Positions 18,807 to 28,047 of a stretch of DNA of 38,562 bases are shown piece after piece; the first letter of the stretch is position 1; the number at the start of each line of letters is the position of its first letter. A program made the position numbers and the translations under genes. The notes beneath the pieces were generated by a model that saw only the letters and a program-made list of their open reading frames with translations, was not told the origin of the DNA and did no database searches. The stretch lies in sequence record SRR20825006_483; one strand, 5' to 3'.

Positions 18807-19469
18807 TCACGCGTTGGTGTTCTGCGGCAACAGTTCCCAAAGTCGCGGATCAGCAAGTGATTCGGCGACCAAATGGACGTCCTCAAAAACGTGCGACCGG
18901 GTGTGCTCGTTCGGTACCGCAACCGTGACCGCACCGGCCGAAACCGCTGCTTTCGATCCGTTACCGCTGTCTTCTAAAACAAGCATCTCTGCTGGCGATA
19001 CTCGGAGCCGCTCGGCCGCTTTCAAGTACATTTCTGGATTGGGCTTGCCGTGAGTGACATCGTCACCGGTCAACACAAACGCCAGATCGTCCGACCATTC
19101 GGTAGTCGGCAAGATCATGTCAACGAACTTTCGACGACTGCTGGTGGCTAAACCGAACGGCAGTCCACTGGTTCGCAAACGCTCGATCCATTCCGCCAGA
19201 CCTGGCATCGGTCGAAGTTCTCCGAGCAAGAGATCGCCGTAGACATCATCGGACTCGGCGAGCAAAGACACCGGGTCGTCATCCAATTGGTGGTGATCGA
19301 TCATTTGACCAACAGCGGACAAACCTACCCGCCCCATCATCTTCTGTTGCAGTTCCAATGTGAACGTGTGACCGCGACGTTCCATCAACACTTGACCGAC
19401 CTGGAAATAAATTCGCTCGGTGTCGAACAACAGCCCGTCCATGTCCAACGCAACGCCTCGAAGATGCAT
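18807..19469 (-). CDS. HAD-family hydrolase (beta-phosphoglucomutase-like, subfamily IA)
   Basis: ALDMDGLLFDTE, LATSS, GKPNPEMY, LEDSGNG. Start at ATG 19469 with GGAG SD; the upstream extension to 19964 overlaps the MMPL gene and is spurious. Confidence 0.92.
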   Translation of the reverse strand: MHLRGVALDMDGLLFDTERIYFQVGQVLMERRGHTFTLELQQKMMGRVGLSAVGQMIDHHQLDDDPVSLLAESDDVYGDLLLGELRPMPGLAEWIERLRTSGLPFGLATSSRRKFVDMILPTTEWSDDLAFVLTGDDVTHGKPNPEMYLKAAERLRVSPAEMLVLEDSGNGSKAAVSAGAVTVAVPNEHTRSHVFEDVHLVAESLADPRLWELLPQNTNA

Positions 19470-19483
19470 GTTCACTCCAGATT

Positions 19484-21811
19484 TCAATGTGAGTTTGTCA
19501 GACGGTCGACCGCGACAATGGCAGCGGGCAATAACGTGAGGTTGATCAAAGCGGACGCCGCCAATGTCGCAGCGATCAACATGCCAAAGGTGGCGGTGGG
19601 GATGAAGGGACTGGTCATCAAAATGCCAAACCCAATCACCAATGCCAATGTCGCCAGCAAGATCGGAGTCGCCACATCCGTCGCCGCTTCCGTCGCGGCC
19701 ACCACCACATCCACACCCGCGGATCGTCCACGCTGATAGCCCGCAAGGAAGTGGATCGAACCGTCGATGGACAAACCGATGGAGACCGCACCAATCATGG
19801 CGGATCCTAGATCCAAGCCTCCGCCGGCAAGTCCCATGACAGCCAATACCAACATCACCGGCAACGTGTTCGTCAGCAATGCGACGAGAGAGTATCGCAG
19901 GTTGCCGGTCGCGATTCCGATCAATATGCCGACCAAGGCCAGAGCGATCGCCAAGGCTTTCCATTGGTCGCGAAGCAAACTGCTGACGAGTTGAGACATC
20001 AGAACGGAGTAACCGGTAACGAGTGCTCGCTCATCAAACTTTTGGGCCAATTGCGAGACTTGATCGATGAGTTCTCGCTTCACTTCGCCAGGCAGGCTTT
20101 CTTCGCTTCGCAGCATGATTCTCAGTTCTCGTGTCTCACCTTCCTTTGGTGGATCAAACGTCAACAGAGCGTCAGCGAAAGTGGGAATCGCGGTTCGCAT
20201 GCCTGCCAAGCGAACTTCGGGGGTCACGATGGATAGCAGTGGACTTTGAGCAGCAACTCCGTCCGCATCCGCTAGTGACAAGACCTTCGTCAGGCGATGA
20301 ATTTCGCCGGTCGAGGAATCAACAACTTCCAGTTCACGCAGTTTGGTCTCCAAACTTTGAACTCGAGACACGTAGTCCGGCGAAATGGTTTCTGGTGCGG
20401 GAAGTACAACGTCCCATACCCCCGCTCCGCCCAACTGTTGCTCCACACGAGCATAAGCCTGAACGATATTGCTGGTTTCTCGAAAGTTGCTTAGGAAGCT
20501 GGTTTCGGTTCGCAGTTGAGTGACCATCGTTGTGCTTACGATCAGAGCAAAGATGGAAACGATCGACAAAAGATTGCTGTGACGCAGGCTGACTGACACC
20601 AAGTGAACGAGAAATCTTTCTGAGAGACTGGGTGCTCCGGTGGGGTGCGTTGGTTCAGGCGGAGTTCGTTTACCCGATGGCAGGCTCATCAACGCCGCGG
20701 TGAACCAAACCAATGCGGCAACAATCGCCAATGCGGCAACAGCGGTCATCGTGCCAAATTGCTGAACCGGTCGCACTTTCGAGTTCAACAGCGAAGCGAA
20801 TCCGGCCGCATCCGTCAGGCAGGTCCAGAGAATGGGAATCGCCAGAAACGCAGTGACTCGGACGATCGATTCATTGGCGGGGGATTCACCTGACTCGTTG
20901 GAGTTGTCTCGCGAACGGACTCCGATATGCATGACAGCGGCGACTACGATGACCGCGATGATGGCGATCAAAATGGTTGAGACCAAAGACATTTCCATTC
21001 CCAACGCGACGATGGATGCTCTCGTGCAAAGTGTCGCCCATACGATTGCCAGGGTGGCCAGAAGGACAACGCGATAATCGCGAAGCGTCAACAGCATTAT
21101 CAGGCTCAGCAGACCGATCGTGCCCAACGCCAATCGATTACCATCAGCTTGGATCATGTCAAAAGCATCATCGAGCAGCACGGGTTCACCTATCAGAACC
21201 GGGGCTCGTTGAGAAGGAATTTGATCAGCAAGCCGTCGCAATTCTGCAATGGCTGATTCGGTCTGCCCAGGTTGAAGCATCGCCACAATCGCAGCGGTCT
21301 TCTCGTCCTGCCCATGGGTGTACCCCGCAAAGAGATCCCGAAACGAATTCGCGACCGGATCGTCTTTCGCTAGCATCTTTGACGGAGGCGGCGGAGCTTC
21401 TGAACCAGATGGAAGCGATCCTGCTAGGAACGAAAACTGTGGCCGGATGTAAGTAAACGCCTGGACCAATTTCGAGACTGACAAAACGCCTCGAACGCCA
21501 TCGATCGATTCAGCAGAGTTGGTCCACGTTCGATTCCGGGCGACTCCTTCAGGGGTCATCAATTCGGCGTCATCGTAGACCAACATGACGACCAAATTGC
21601 CGCCAAAGGTTTGCTGCAGATGCTGATACTGATTCAGCGTTGGATCGGTTGGAGAAAACATCGCCGCCAGGGAACGGTCCATCCCCAGGTCTGTCTGGTA
21701 GATCGCCAGCGGGATCGCCGACAGACAACCGATGAGGAATAACCACCAACGCCAAACCCAAAGCAATCGAGCCAGAGTGTATCGTGGCGACGCGATCAGC
21801 GAAGTTTTCAC
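19484..21811 (-). CDS. MMPL/RND-family membrane transporter
   Basis: Two repeats of TM + large loop + 5 TMs; CLTDAAGFASL, VQQFG, SIGLSIDGSIHF, TATFG, NLTLLPA. GTGA overlap with lspA. Confidence 0.88.
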   Translation of the reverse strand: MKTSLIASPRYTLARLLWVWRWWLFLIGCLSAIPLAIYQTDLGMDRSLAAMFSPTDPTLNQYQHLQQTFGGNLVVMLVYDDAELMTPEGVARNRTWTNSAESIDGVRGVLSVSKLVQAFTYIRPQFSFLAGSLPSGSEAPPPPSKMLAKDDPVANSFRDLFAGYTHGQDEKTAAIVAMLQPGQTESAIAELRRLADQIPSQRAPVLIGEPVLLDDAFDMIQADGNRLALGTIGLLSLIMLLTLRDYRVVLLATLAIVWATLCTRASIVALGMEMSLVSTILIAIIAVIVVAAVMHIGVRSRDNSNESGESPANESIVRVTAFLAIPILWTCLTDAAGFASLLNSKVRPVQQFGTMTAVAALAIVAALVWFTAALMSLPSGKRTPPEPTHPTGAPSLSERFLVHLVSVSLRHSNLLSIVSIFALIVSTTMVTQLRTETSFLSNFRETSNIVQAYARVEQQLGGAGVWDVVLPAPETISPDYVSRVQSLETKLRELEVVDSSTGEIHRLTKVLSLADADGVAAQSPLLSIVTPEVRLAGMRTAIPTFADALLTFDPPKEGETRELRIMLRSEESLPGEVKRELIDQVSQLAQKFDERALVTGYSVLMSQLVSSLLRDQWKALAIALALVGILIGIATGNLRYSLVALLTNTLPVMLVLAVMGLAGGGLDLGSAMIGAVSIGLSIDGSIHFLAGYQRGRSAGVDVVVAATEAATDVATPILLATLALVIGFGILMTSPFIPTATFGMLIAATLAASALINLTLLPAAIVAVDRLTNSH

Positions 21812-22479
21812 GACGCGGCCGGCTTCGTACCTTCGGTCGGTTCATCCGGCGCCCTCCGGCCTGGTAACTCATTGCCATCGGCTTCACCGTGCGGTGGTGG
21901 CGGGAAGAAGAATGATTGAACCAACAACATGATCGCTCCGGTGACCAACAAAGAATCCGCAATGTTGAAGTTGGGCCATTTCCATTGATCGGATGCCTGC
22001 CAAAGAATCCAATCGCGAACGCCGCTTTGCCATTGATCCGGCAGTCCCGGTTTCCACCAAAATCCTAGACGGTCGTAAAGGTTGCCGATGATGCCTCCGG
22101 TGATGCATCCGAGTGCGAACGTCAACCAACACGATCGCGCGGCCTTGAAGAAGAACAGCCAAGCGATGATTGCCGCAGCGGCAAAGACTGAGATCGCCGC
22201 GAAAACCAAACCTTGGCCAGCTCCTAAACCGAAGACCGCGCCGATGTTCACCGCGGTTTCAATCCCGAAGTAACCTTCGATGATCCAATGAACGTCTTGG
22301 GTTCCCGGCAATCCGCGCCAACGGAAGATGGCTTCCTTGCTCCACAGGTCCAATGCGCCACCAGCAATGGCGAGGCCGAAAAACAATGCATAGCGGCTGG
22401 CGGGAAACGCTGGCCCCTGGCTAGCGGTTGGCGCTGGGGTGGGGGCGTGTCCGGAAGGATTCACTTTGGCTGAATTCAT
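21808..22479 (-). CDS. lspA: Lipoprotein signal peptidase II
   Basis: DLWSK, NIGAVFG, GGIIGNLYDR, VRDWI, FNIADS. Start uncertain (ATG 22479 or TTG 22536). Confidence 0.93.
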   Translation of the reverse strand: MNSAKVNPSGHAPTPAPTASQGPAFPASRYALFFGLAIAGGALDLWSKEAIFRWRGLPGTQDVHWIIEGYFGIETAVNIGAVFGLGAGQGLVFAAISVFAAAAIIAWLFFFKAARSCWLTFALGCITGGIIGNLYDRLGFWWKPGLPDQWQSGVRDWILWQASDQWKWPNFNIADSLLVTGAIMLLVQSFFFPPPPHGEADGNELPGRRAPDEPTEGTKPAAS

Positions 22480-22681
22480 TCGGGCGGGCCAAATGGAGGA
22501 ACGCGAAGCAGACAGTGCCTGCTCGGGGTGCTTCAATCAGCCAGCACCGTAGATTGCGGAGGCGAAATTTCCCAGATGACTATCCGAGAAGAAGCCGCAA
22601 ACGTCTCAGAATGTTGGAAAGCAAGACGCCTGCATTCCAAAGAGCCAACAATTCCGCACATCCAGGCTGGCTCAGCCGGGG

Positions 22682-23116
22682 TCACTGGTGACTGGCGACC
22701 CAACTTCGGAGCTCAGATTCCGATCGATAGCCCACTTCGTCCGCCAAGACCTTGCCGTTTCGGACCAGGAACATCCTTGGAATGCCTTCGATTCCAAATT
22801 GGGCGGCGACTTCTGGTTGCTCTCCCACATCAATTTTCACCACACGAACCTCCCCCGCGAGAGTCGGTTCAAGCGATTCCAATTCCTTGTCAATCTGCCG
22901 ACATGGTCCGCACCATGGCGCACCAAATTTGACGAGCACCAAATCTTGATCGCCTGCTGAACCGACAACCTGTTGGATGGCTTCGGCGGGGACGTTCACC
23001 GTCGGCCCGGGGCTGTTGGGGACGTTGCACCCGATGAAGAACAACGAAGCCAGACCGATACCTGCAGCCGCAATGGAAGTCACGGCAAGTGAAGCGGGGC
23101 GAGGATAGGACGTCAT
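22682..23116 (-). CDS. Thioredoxin-family protein, probable lipoprotein
   Basis: LVKFGAPWCGPC active site and cis-Pro motif GIP. N-terminal hydrophobic stretch ending FFIGC (lipobox-like). ATG 23116 has GGAG upstream. Confidence 0.9.
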   Translation of the reverse strand: MTSYPRPASLAVTSIAAAGIGLASLFFIGCNVPNSPGPTVNVPAEAIQQVVGSAGDQDLVLVKFGAPWCGPCRQIDKELESLEPTLAGEVRVVKIDVGEQPEVAAQFGIEGIPRMFLVRNGKVLADEVGYRSESELRSWVASHQ

Positions 23117-23297
23117 GATCAGACTCCGCGAACAAAGCACCGCCGGAAAATGCGGTGCAAAAATGGGCAACGCGAAAAGACGCAATGCGAGGAACGGAAA
23201 CAAACTATTGTACTGCTAAGTATGCAATGTCTGTTCCACGGATTTCCCCGCACTGGATTTCATTTCAAATTCGCCCGTTTGCAGGCGGATATCCCAC

Positions 23298-24191
23298 TCA
23301 AGAGTGGAAGTTGTAGTCCTTGTTGTACGGATCGAAATCCGCATCGGTCAGTCCAACATTGACCTTCAGATTGAGGTAGTTGTACTCCTCGATCACTTCG
23401 CCGCGTCCGTCAGCATTGTTCGGCCAGTCATAGGCGATGTAGCGGATCGGCATGTCCAGTTCGTCGTCCATGAATACTTGAGCGGTATGGAATTCCGCAT
23501 CCGGACGACGGGTGGGTTGGGTCAATTGAAGCACGGTGCACGAACGATCTTTCAGCCGGGCGCCTTTGCGGAATTCTGCGTGGACGTCTTCGAATTGCAG
23601 AGCCTTTTCGCCTCGTTCGATCAGCTTCAAAATCATGTTCTCGACACCGATTTCGGTCATCGGATATCGCTGGCCACGCATGGCAAGCATCCCGGTTGGC
23701 GGAATGGAGACGGTCGGCAAGAAGCGGCCTTTGAAGCCGCCTTCGTGAGCGACAATGTTGCCATTGTTTTGATTCTCAACGTAGATGACTTCGCGACCTT
23801 TCACCGAGCTTGGTTTCAGGAACGACAGGTAAACGCTGAACGGTTGCACCAGACGACCATTGGCCTCTTTGCGGTTGCGAACCTTGATCGACATGTATTC
23901 GTGTTCGCCAACAGTGTCACCGATGCGTTCCCGTTTGACCAGGATCGCCGTGTAATCGTTGACTTCCGTTTTGGAACGCGTCAGCGATTGACGAGCCATT
24001 TCCAAGCCACGAACTAAGTCGGCTTTCGCGGAACTGACCGGGGCAGCTTTTTGTGCGGATAGGGCGGCGTTGGCAACTCGGTGAACCGGCTTGGTCCACT
24101 GGGGGTCTTGCCCAAAGAGAGTTGATTGAGAGAGTCCACCGGCCAGCAGTCCGCCGGCGAGTCCCAAAAATTGACGACGGGGTGTATTCAT
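23298..24191 (-). CDS. Tat-exported DUF1571-like protein
   Basis: Twin-Arg signal PRRQFLGL. DYTAILVKRERIG, VYLSFLKP...GREVIY, RYPMTEIG and EEYNYLNLKVNVGLTDADFDP match the planctomycete DUF1571 family as I recall it. Confidence 0.8.
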   Translation of the reverse strand: MNTPRRQFLGLAGGLLAGGLSQSTLFGQDPQWTKPVHRVANAALSAQKAAPVSSAKADLVRGLEMARQSLTRSKTEVNDYTAILVKRERIGDTVGEHEYMSIKVRNRKEANGRLVQPFSVYLSFLKPSSVKGREVIYVENQNNGNIVAHEGGFKGRFLPTVSIPPTGMLAMRGQRYPMTEIGVENMILKLIERGEKALQFEDVHAEFRKGARLKDRSCTVLQLTQPTRRPDAEFHTAQVFMDDELDMPIRYIAYDWPNNADGRGEVIEEYNYLNLKVNVGLTDADFDPYNKDYNFHS

Positions 24192-24492
24192 CTCAGCTTC
24201 CTTGCTGCGTGTGGGTCAGGCATTGAGTGGGAGGAACGCCACGGGAAGACGATCCAAGGGTCTGCGTCAATCAGAATCGACCGACTTGGTATGCAGCAGC
24301 CAATCGAGTGTTCGACTCAACTACAACCCGAACAATCCGAGTAACCAATCGGAGAATTCGTCCCTCGGCTATCGTGAAAAGTGCCGAAGGTGCGCCGACC
24401 GTAGCAAAAAGTAAGCACGAAGACCAAGCCAATCCTGCCCTTACGTCACGAAAAACAGTGCGTTTTCCGTGGTGCAGGACAACGATTGATCT

Positions 24493-24729
24493 TCAACGTG
24501 AGTCTTTCAGTCCACGCAGAATCGAACCGTGCGATTGAAATGCAGACAAACGCGTTTCCATGTCCGACAAATCCGTGTCAATCCAATCGCCAAAGGCAGC
24601 GTTGACTGACTCGGTGTCAAAAAGAGCCGTGATCCGTCCCCAATCAAGACATTGGATTTCATGCCGAGGCGAGCCGGTTTCAGACGGCACCCATTCGGAT
24701 GGATTCGGTGTTGGTGATGAAGTTGACAT
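24493..24729 (-). CDS. Small hypothetical protein (78 aa)
   Basis: ATG 24729 with GGAG SD; fills an otherwise empty interval on the same strand as the downstream gene. Confidence 0.55.
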   Translation of the reverse strand: MSTSSPTPNPSEWVPSETGSPRHEIQCLDWGRITALFDTESVNAAFGDWIDTDLSDMETRLSAFQSHGSILRGLKDSR

Positions 24730-24936
24730 GGTTGTTTCTCCAGGACCATTCCAGATGGCTTCACCCAGGATAAGGTTCGGCAAAAAGTGGGCCGAAGAAT
24801 CAATGTGGTTTACTGAAAACCTACGTTAAACGCGATCGAAACGCGTCGGAATCGCCTGAAAGAGAAGAGAAAACGCCAGCCTGGGACTGGTGTTTCTACG
24901 AATCGAAACCGCGGCAGGTCGCCGGAATTCACCCTG

Positions 24937-25039
24937 TTTGTGGGATTTTCGGTTTTTTTGCGCCCGTTTGCCAAGACGCGACCGCCTGGAACGAAGAACC
25001 CAATGATGCGGCACTGACTCCGCCAAAAAATCCCACAAA
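24937..25039. repeat. 13-bp perfect inverted repeat with 77-nt spacer in a divergent promoter region
   Basis: TTTGTGGGATTTT (24937-24949) and AAAATCCCACAAA (25027-25039). Confidence 0.75.
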
Positions 25040-25061
25040 ATGTTTTCTCAGGAGAACACAC

Positions 25062-25895
25062 ATGCTCAAAAAACTAGTGCTAGCAGGAACTGCTGCCACC
25101 TTGTTGTCTGGTTTGACCATCGCCACTCCAATCGGCAGTTACGCTCGTTGCGGTTGGTCGTACATGACCAATACCGCTAGCGACGCGGTGCCATTGGAAT
25201 GGGAACTCAACCGAGCCCGCCAATTGATCGTTGATTTGAAGCCCGAAATTCAACAAAACGCTCGCCGAATCGCTCAGGAAAAAACTGAGGTGGTTCGATT
25301 GCAACGCGAGTTGTCGACAACCGACGAGAAGTTGGCAAAGGCGAAGAACGACATTGAACGACTGACCAATGACCTGCGGGATGAAAGTTCCGTTTACTCC
25401 TATGGCGGTGTGACTTACACGTCGGCTCAGGTGAAGTCGGATTTGGGAAATCGTTTCAAACGTTTCCAAACTCGTCAGCAAACTTCGGAAAAGCTGCGAC
25501 AAATGCTTGCCGCTCGCGAAGCTTCGCTCGCTGCGGCTTCTGAGCGGATGGACGCAATGCTGGACGCAAAACGCCAGTTGGAAGTCGAAGTTGAAAACCT
25601 GCAGGCTCGTTTGGGTGCCCTCCGTGTCGCTCAAACCAGCACTCAGTTGCACCTTGATGACAGTGCTTTGTCGGATACTCGGCGTTTGCTGGACGACATT
25701 GCCACGCGAATCGATGTGGAAGAGGAAACGATGAAGGTCGATGTCGAGTACTTCGGCGAGATCAACTTGGACGAACCTTCGGACGAGAACCTGCTCGATG
25801 ACGTTACCGCTTACATGCAAAAGCTGGATGGCGGCAAAGATCAGGCCTACGTTTCGATTCAATTGGAAGAAGAAAGCAGCGATTCGTCGCTGTGA
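25062..25895 (+). CDS. Signal-peptide-bearing coiled-coil protein, PspA/IM30-like
   Basis: Strong SD (AGGAG). N-terminal MLKKLVLAGTAATLLSGLTIA, continuous heptad helices, and an acidic C-terminal tail. The PspA resemblance is by eye only. Confidence 0.75.
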   Translation: MLKKLVLAGTAATLLSGLTIATPIGSYARCGWSYMTNTASDAVPLEWELNRARQLIVDLKPEIQQNARRIAQEKTEVVRLQRELSTTDEKLAKAKNDIERLTNDLRDESSVYSYGGVTYTSAQVKSDLGNRFKRFQTRQQTSEKLRQMLAAREASLAAASERMDAMLDAKRQLEVEVENLQARLGALRVAQTSTQLHLDDSALSDTRRLLDDIATRIDVEEETMKVDVEYFGEINLDEPSDENLLDDVTAYMQKLDGGKDQAYVSIQLEEESSDSSL

Positions 25896-25904
25896 TTTGT
25901 CTGG

Positions 25905-25929
25905 CACGGGGAGCATCGGGCTCCCCGTG
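25905..25929 (+). other. Strong intergenic hairpin without U-tract (mRNA stabiliser or partial terminator)
   Basis: CACGGGGAGC-ATCGG-GCTCCCCGTG, a perfect 10-bp stem 10 nt after the stop codon. Confidence 0.7.
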
Positions 25930-25965
25930 TGACCGTCCGAGTGAACCTGGCGGAACGTTCTCGTC

Positions 25966-28047
25966 TTGATGAAAAGGCATGCGATGAGTGCTTTGGCCGA
26001 TACAATGGAACTTCCCGCAGACTACTCGAACCCAATGCCATCAACTCGTTCGATGAAATTCACCCACTCCCCTAACGATCTGGTCCTGGACCGATACACG
26101 ATTCGTCGTGGCATCGGAGTGGGGGGATTTGGCGAGGTGTATTTCGCGGTCAGCCAAGCGGGCAAGGAAGTCGCACTGAAACGCATCCAGCGAAATCTGG
26201 AAGTTGAACTGCGAGGAGTGTCTCACTGTTTGAATCTTAAACACCTGAACTTGGTCTCGCTTCACGACGTGTGTCGTGATGCCGACGACCAAGCCTGGGT
26301 GGTGATGGAGTATGTTGCCGGTCCCAACTTGAGAGAAGTATTGGATGACGCGGCCAAATCCGTCGCGTCCGATTCTCGCAATGTGTTGCCCAGCGGCATG
26401 TTCGAATCGCAGGCTCGTCACTGGTTCGCCGGAGCCGCGGCCGGCGTTGCCCATTTGCATTCCGCCGGTTTGGTCCACCGTGACATCAAACCTGGCAACT
26501 TGTTTGACGACAACGGCATTGTCAAAGTCGGTGACTATGGGCTGAGCAAATTCATTTCGGCGTCTCACCGAAGCGGACATACCGAAAGCATCGGTACGTT
26601 TCACTACATGGCACCAGAGATTGGTCGTGGGCAGTACGGTCGCGAAATTGACTTGTATGCACTCGGCGTGATCTTGTTTGAAATGTTGACGGGCGAGTTG
26701 CCGTTCGATGGCGAGACTCCCCAAGAGATCATCGTCAAGCACCTGACTGACTCACCCGATTTATCGCGTGTGCCGAATCAATATCGAAATGTGATCCATC
26801 GTTGCTTGCAAAAGGATCCCAGCAAACGTCCTCGTGATGTTGCAGAAATGCTTTCGCTGGCTTCGATGCCGGCCGATCAGACACCCGTTTTAGCGGAAGT
26901 GGTTTCGTTCGATTCAAAAGAACAAAACGGCGCTACATTCTGCTTTAATCCAAAGAACAACCGAAGAAGCGAGCCAGTTGGTGCCGCGGGCGGTGTGGCT
27001 TCACCGAATGCAGATGGTGCGTCTATGGTTTTGAACACATCGACCGGCGAAGAACCCATCGCTCGAGCAGTCCGAAACAGTTTTTCAGATGCACGAGCTT
27101 GGTGGCGGGCACTGGAAACATCGCCTGGTATCAAGCTGGTCTTGGCCATCTCTGCGGTCGCCATTTTGTTGATCAACACGCATTGGTTATTGCCAGTGCT
27201 GTCGATGGTTGGGTTCTTCTACGTTCCGTACTACGTGATTCGTCACGTTGTGCTGCAACTGTCCGAACCGACGTCGTATTCGCCCGGTGCAACAGATTCG
27301 CGAAGTGTGCCGCATCAAAATTCGACGGCTCATGCCGTCGCAAATGTTCGGCCAGCTGGAAAACCAGTCATGACGAAGGCTCAAGTCCGATCACTGCTGA
27401 GAACCAGCTTGTCTGAACGAACACGGTTGTCGCGTTCGGCGGAATGGGCAACATCGGGAATGACATCGATGATCGTGGCCGGTGTGCTGCTCTTGCTTAG
27501 TTCCGTGATCGGAATGCGAAGCACCCCGCTGACACCCATCGCCTTGGCACCTTACGTTTGGATGGCGTTGGTGATTTGGTTGGGGGCGTTTGGATTGCTT
27601 GGCATTGGTAAATTCTGGGAAGGCAGTGAAGGCGAAGGATTGGTTCGTCGCCTGGTGTCCGCTTCCTGGGGAGCCTGCGTTGGTCTTCTCGCCTACGCTC
27701 TCGGCCATTTCCTAATGGTGCCAATGGATGAAGGATTGGGGCGAGACATCGATGCAACGGTGCTGCCCGTTTCGTTCTATCTGGAATCGGGCGTTCCCAA
27801 AGCCGCGGCGATGATGGGGCACTTCGCTCTGCTGTTTGCACTACTTCGCATGTGGAAGCCGGTTGATCCTTTGCGTCGCGTTCGATTGAGTTTGTGGGCG
27901 GTCACCGTTGCGGTGGTTGGTGAATGGGTCGTTCATCAAATCGTTCCCGTTCCTCAGCCCGCAGGCATGTTGATTGCCGGCGGCGTGATCGTGATGACAC
28001 AATTGTCTGCTCCCTGGGTGAAATCCAATGCAATCTCAACAATCTGA
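25966..28047 (+). CDS. Ser/Thr protein kinase with multi-TM C-terminal domain
   Basis: IGVGGFGEV, VALK, HRDIKPGN, DYG, YMAPE, DLYALGVILFEMLTG, then about 8 hydrophobic segments. Start uncertain (several in-frame ATGs up to 26053). Confidence 0.92.
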   Translation: MMKRHAMSALADTMELPADYSNPMPSTRSMKFTHSPNDLVLDRYTIRRGIGVGGFGEVYFAVSQAGKEVALKRIQRNLEVELRGVSHCLNLKHLNLVSLHDVCRDADDQAWVVMEYVAGPNLREVLDDAAKSVASDSRNVLPSGMFESQARHWFAGAAAGVAHLHSAGLVHRDIKPGNLFDDNGIVKVGDYGLSKFISASHRSGHTESIGTFHYMAPEIGRGQYGREIDLYALGVILFEMLTGELPFDGETPQEIIVKHLTDSPDLSRVPNQYRNVIHRCLQKDPSKRPRDVAEMLSLASMPADQTPVLAEVVSFDSKEQNGATFCFNPKNNRRSEPVGAAGGVASPNADGASMVLNTSTGEEPIARAVRNSFSDARAWWRALETSPGIKLVLAISAVAILLINTHWLLPVLSMVGFFYVPYYVIRHVVLQLSEPTSYSPGATDSRSVPHQNSTAHAVANVRPAGKPVMTKAQVRSLLRTSLSERTRLSRSAEWATSGMTSMIVAGVLLLLSSVIGMRSTPLTPIALAPYVWMALVIWLGAFGLLGIGKFWEGSEGEGLVRRLVSASWGACVGLLAYALGHFLMVPMDEGLGRDIDATVLPVSFYLESGVPKAAAMMGHFALLFALLRMWKPVDPLRRVRLSLWAVTVAVVGEWVVHQIVPVPQPAGMLIAGGVIVMTQLSAPWVKSNAISTI

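Noticed and set aside
19470-19964. 165-aa N-terminal extension of the HAD ORF
   Set aside because: Overlaps the MMPL gene in another frame; the HAD motif I begins right after ATG 19469, which has its own SD.
25080-25916. 278-aa minus-strand ORF (likewise 14507..15268, 15369..15992, 23304..24017, 26041..26742)
   Set aside because: Antisense shadows of well-supported genes.
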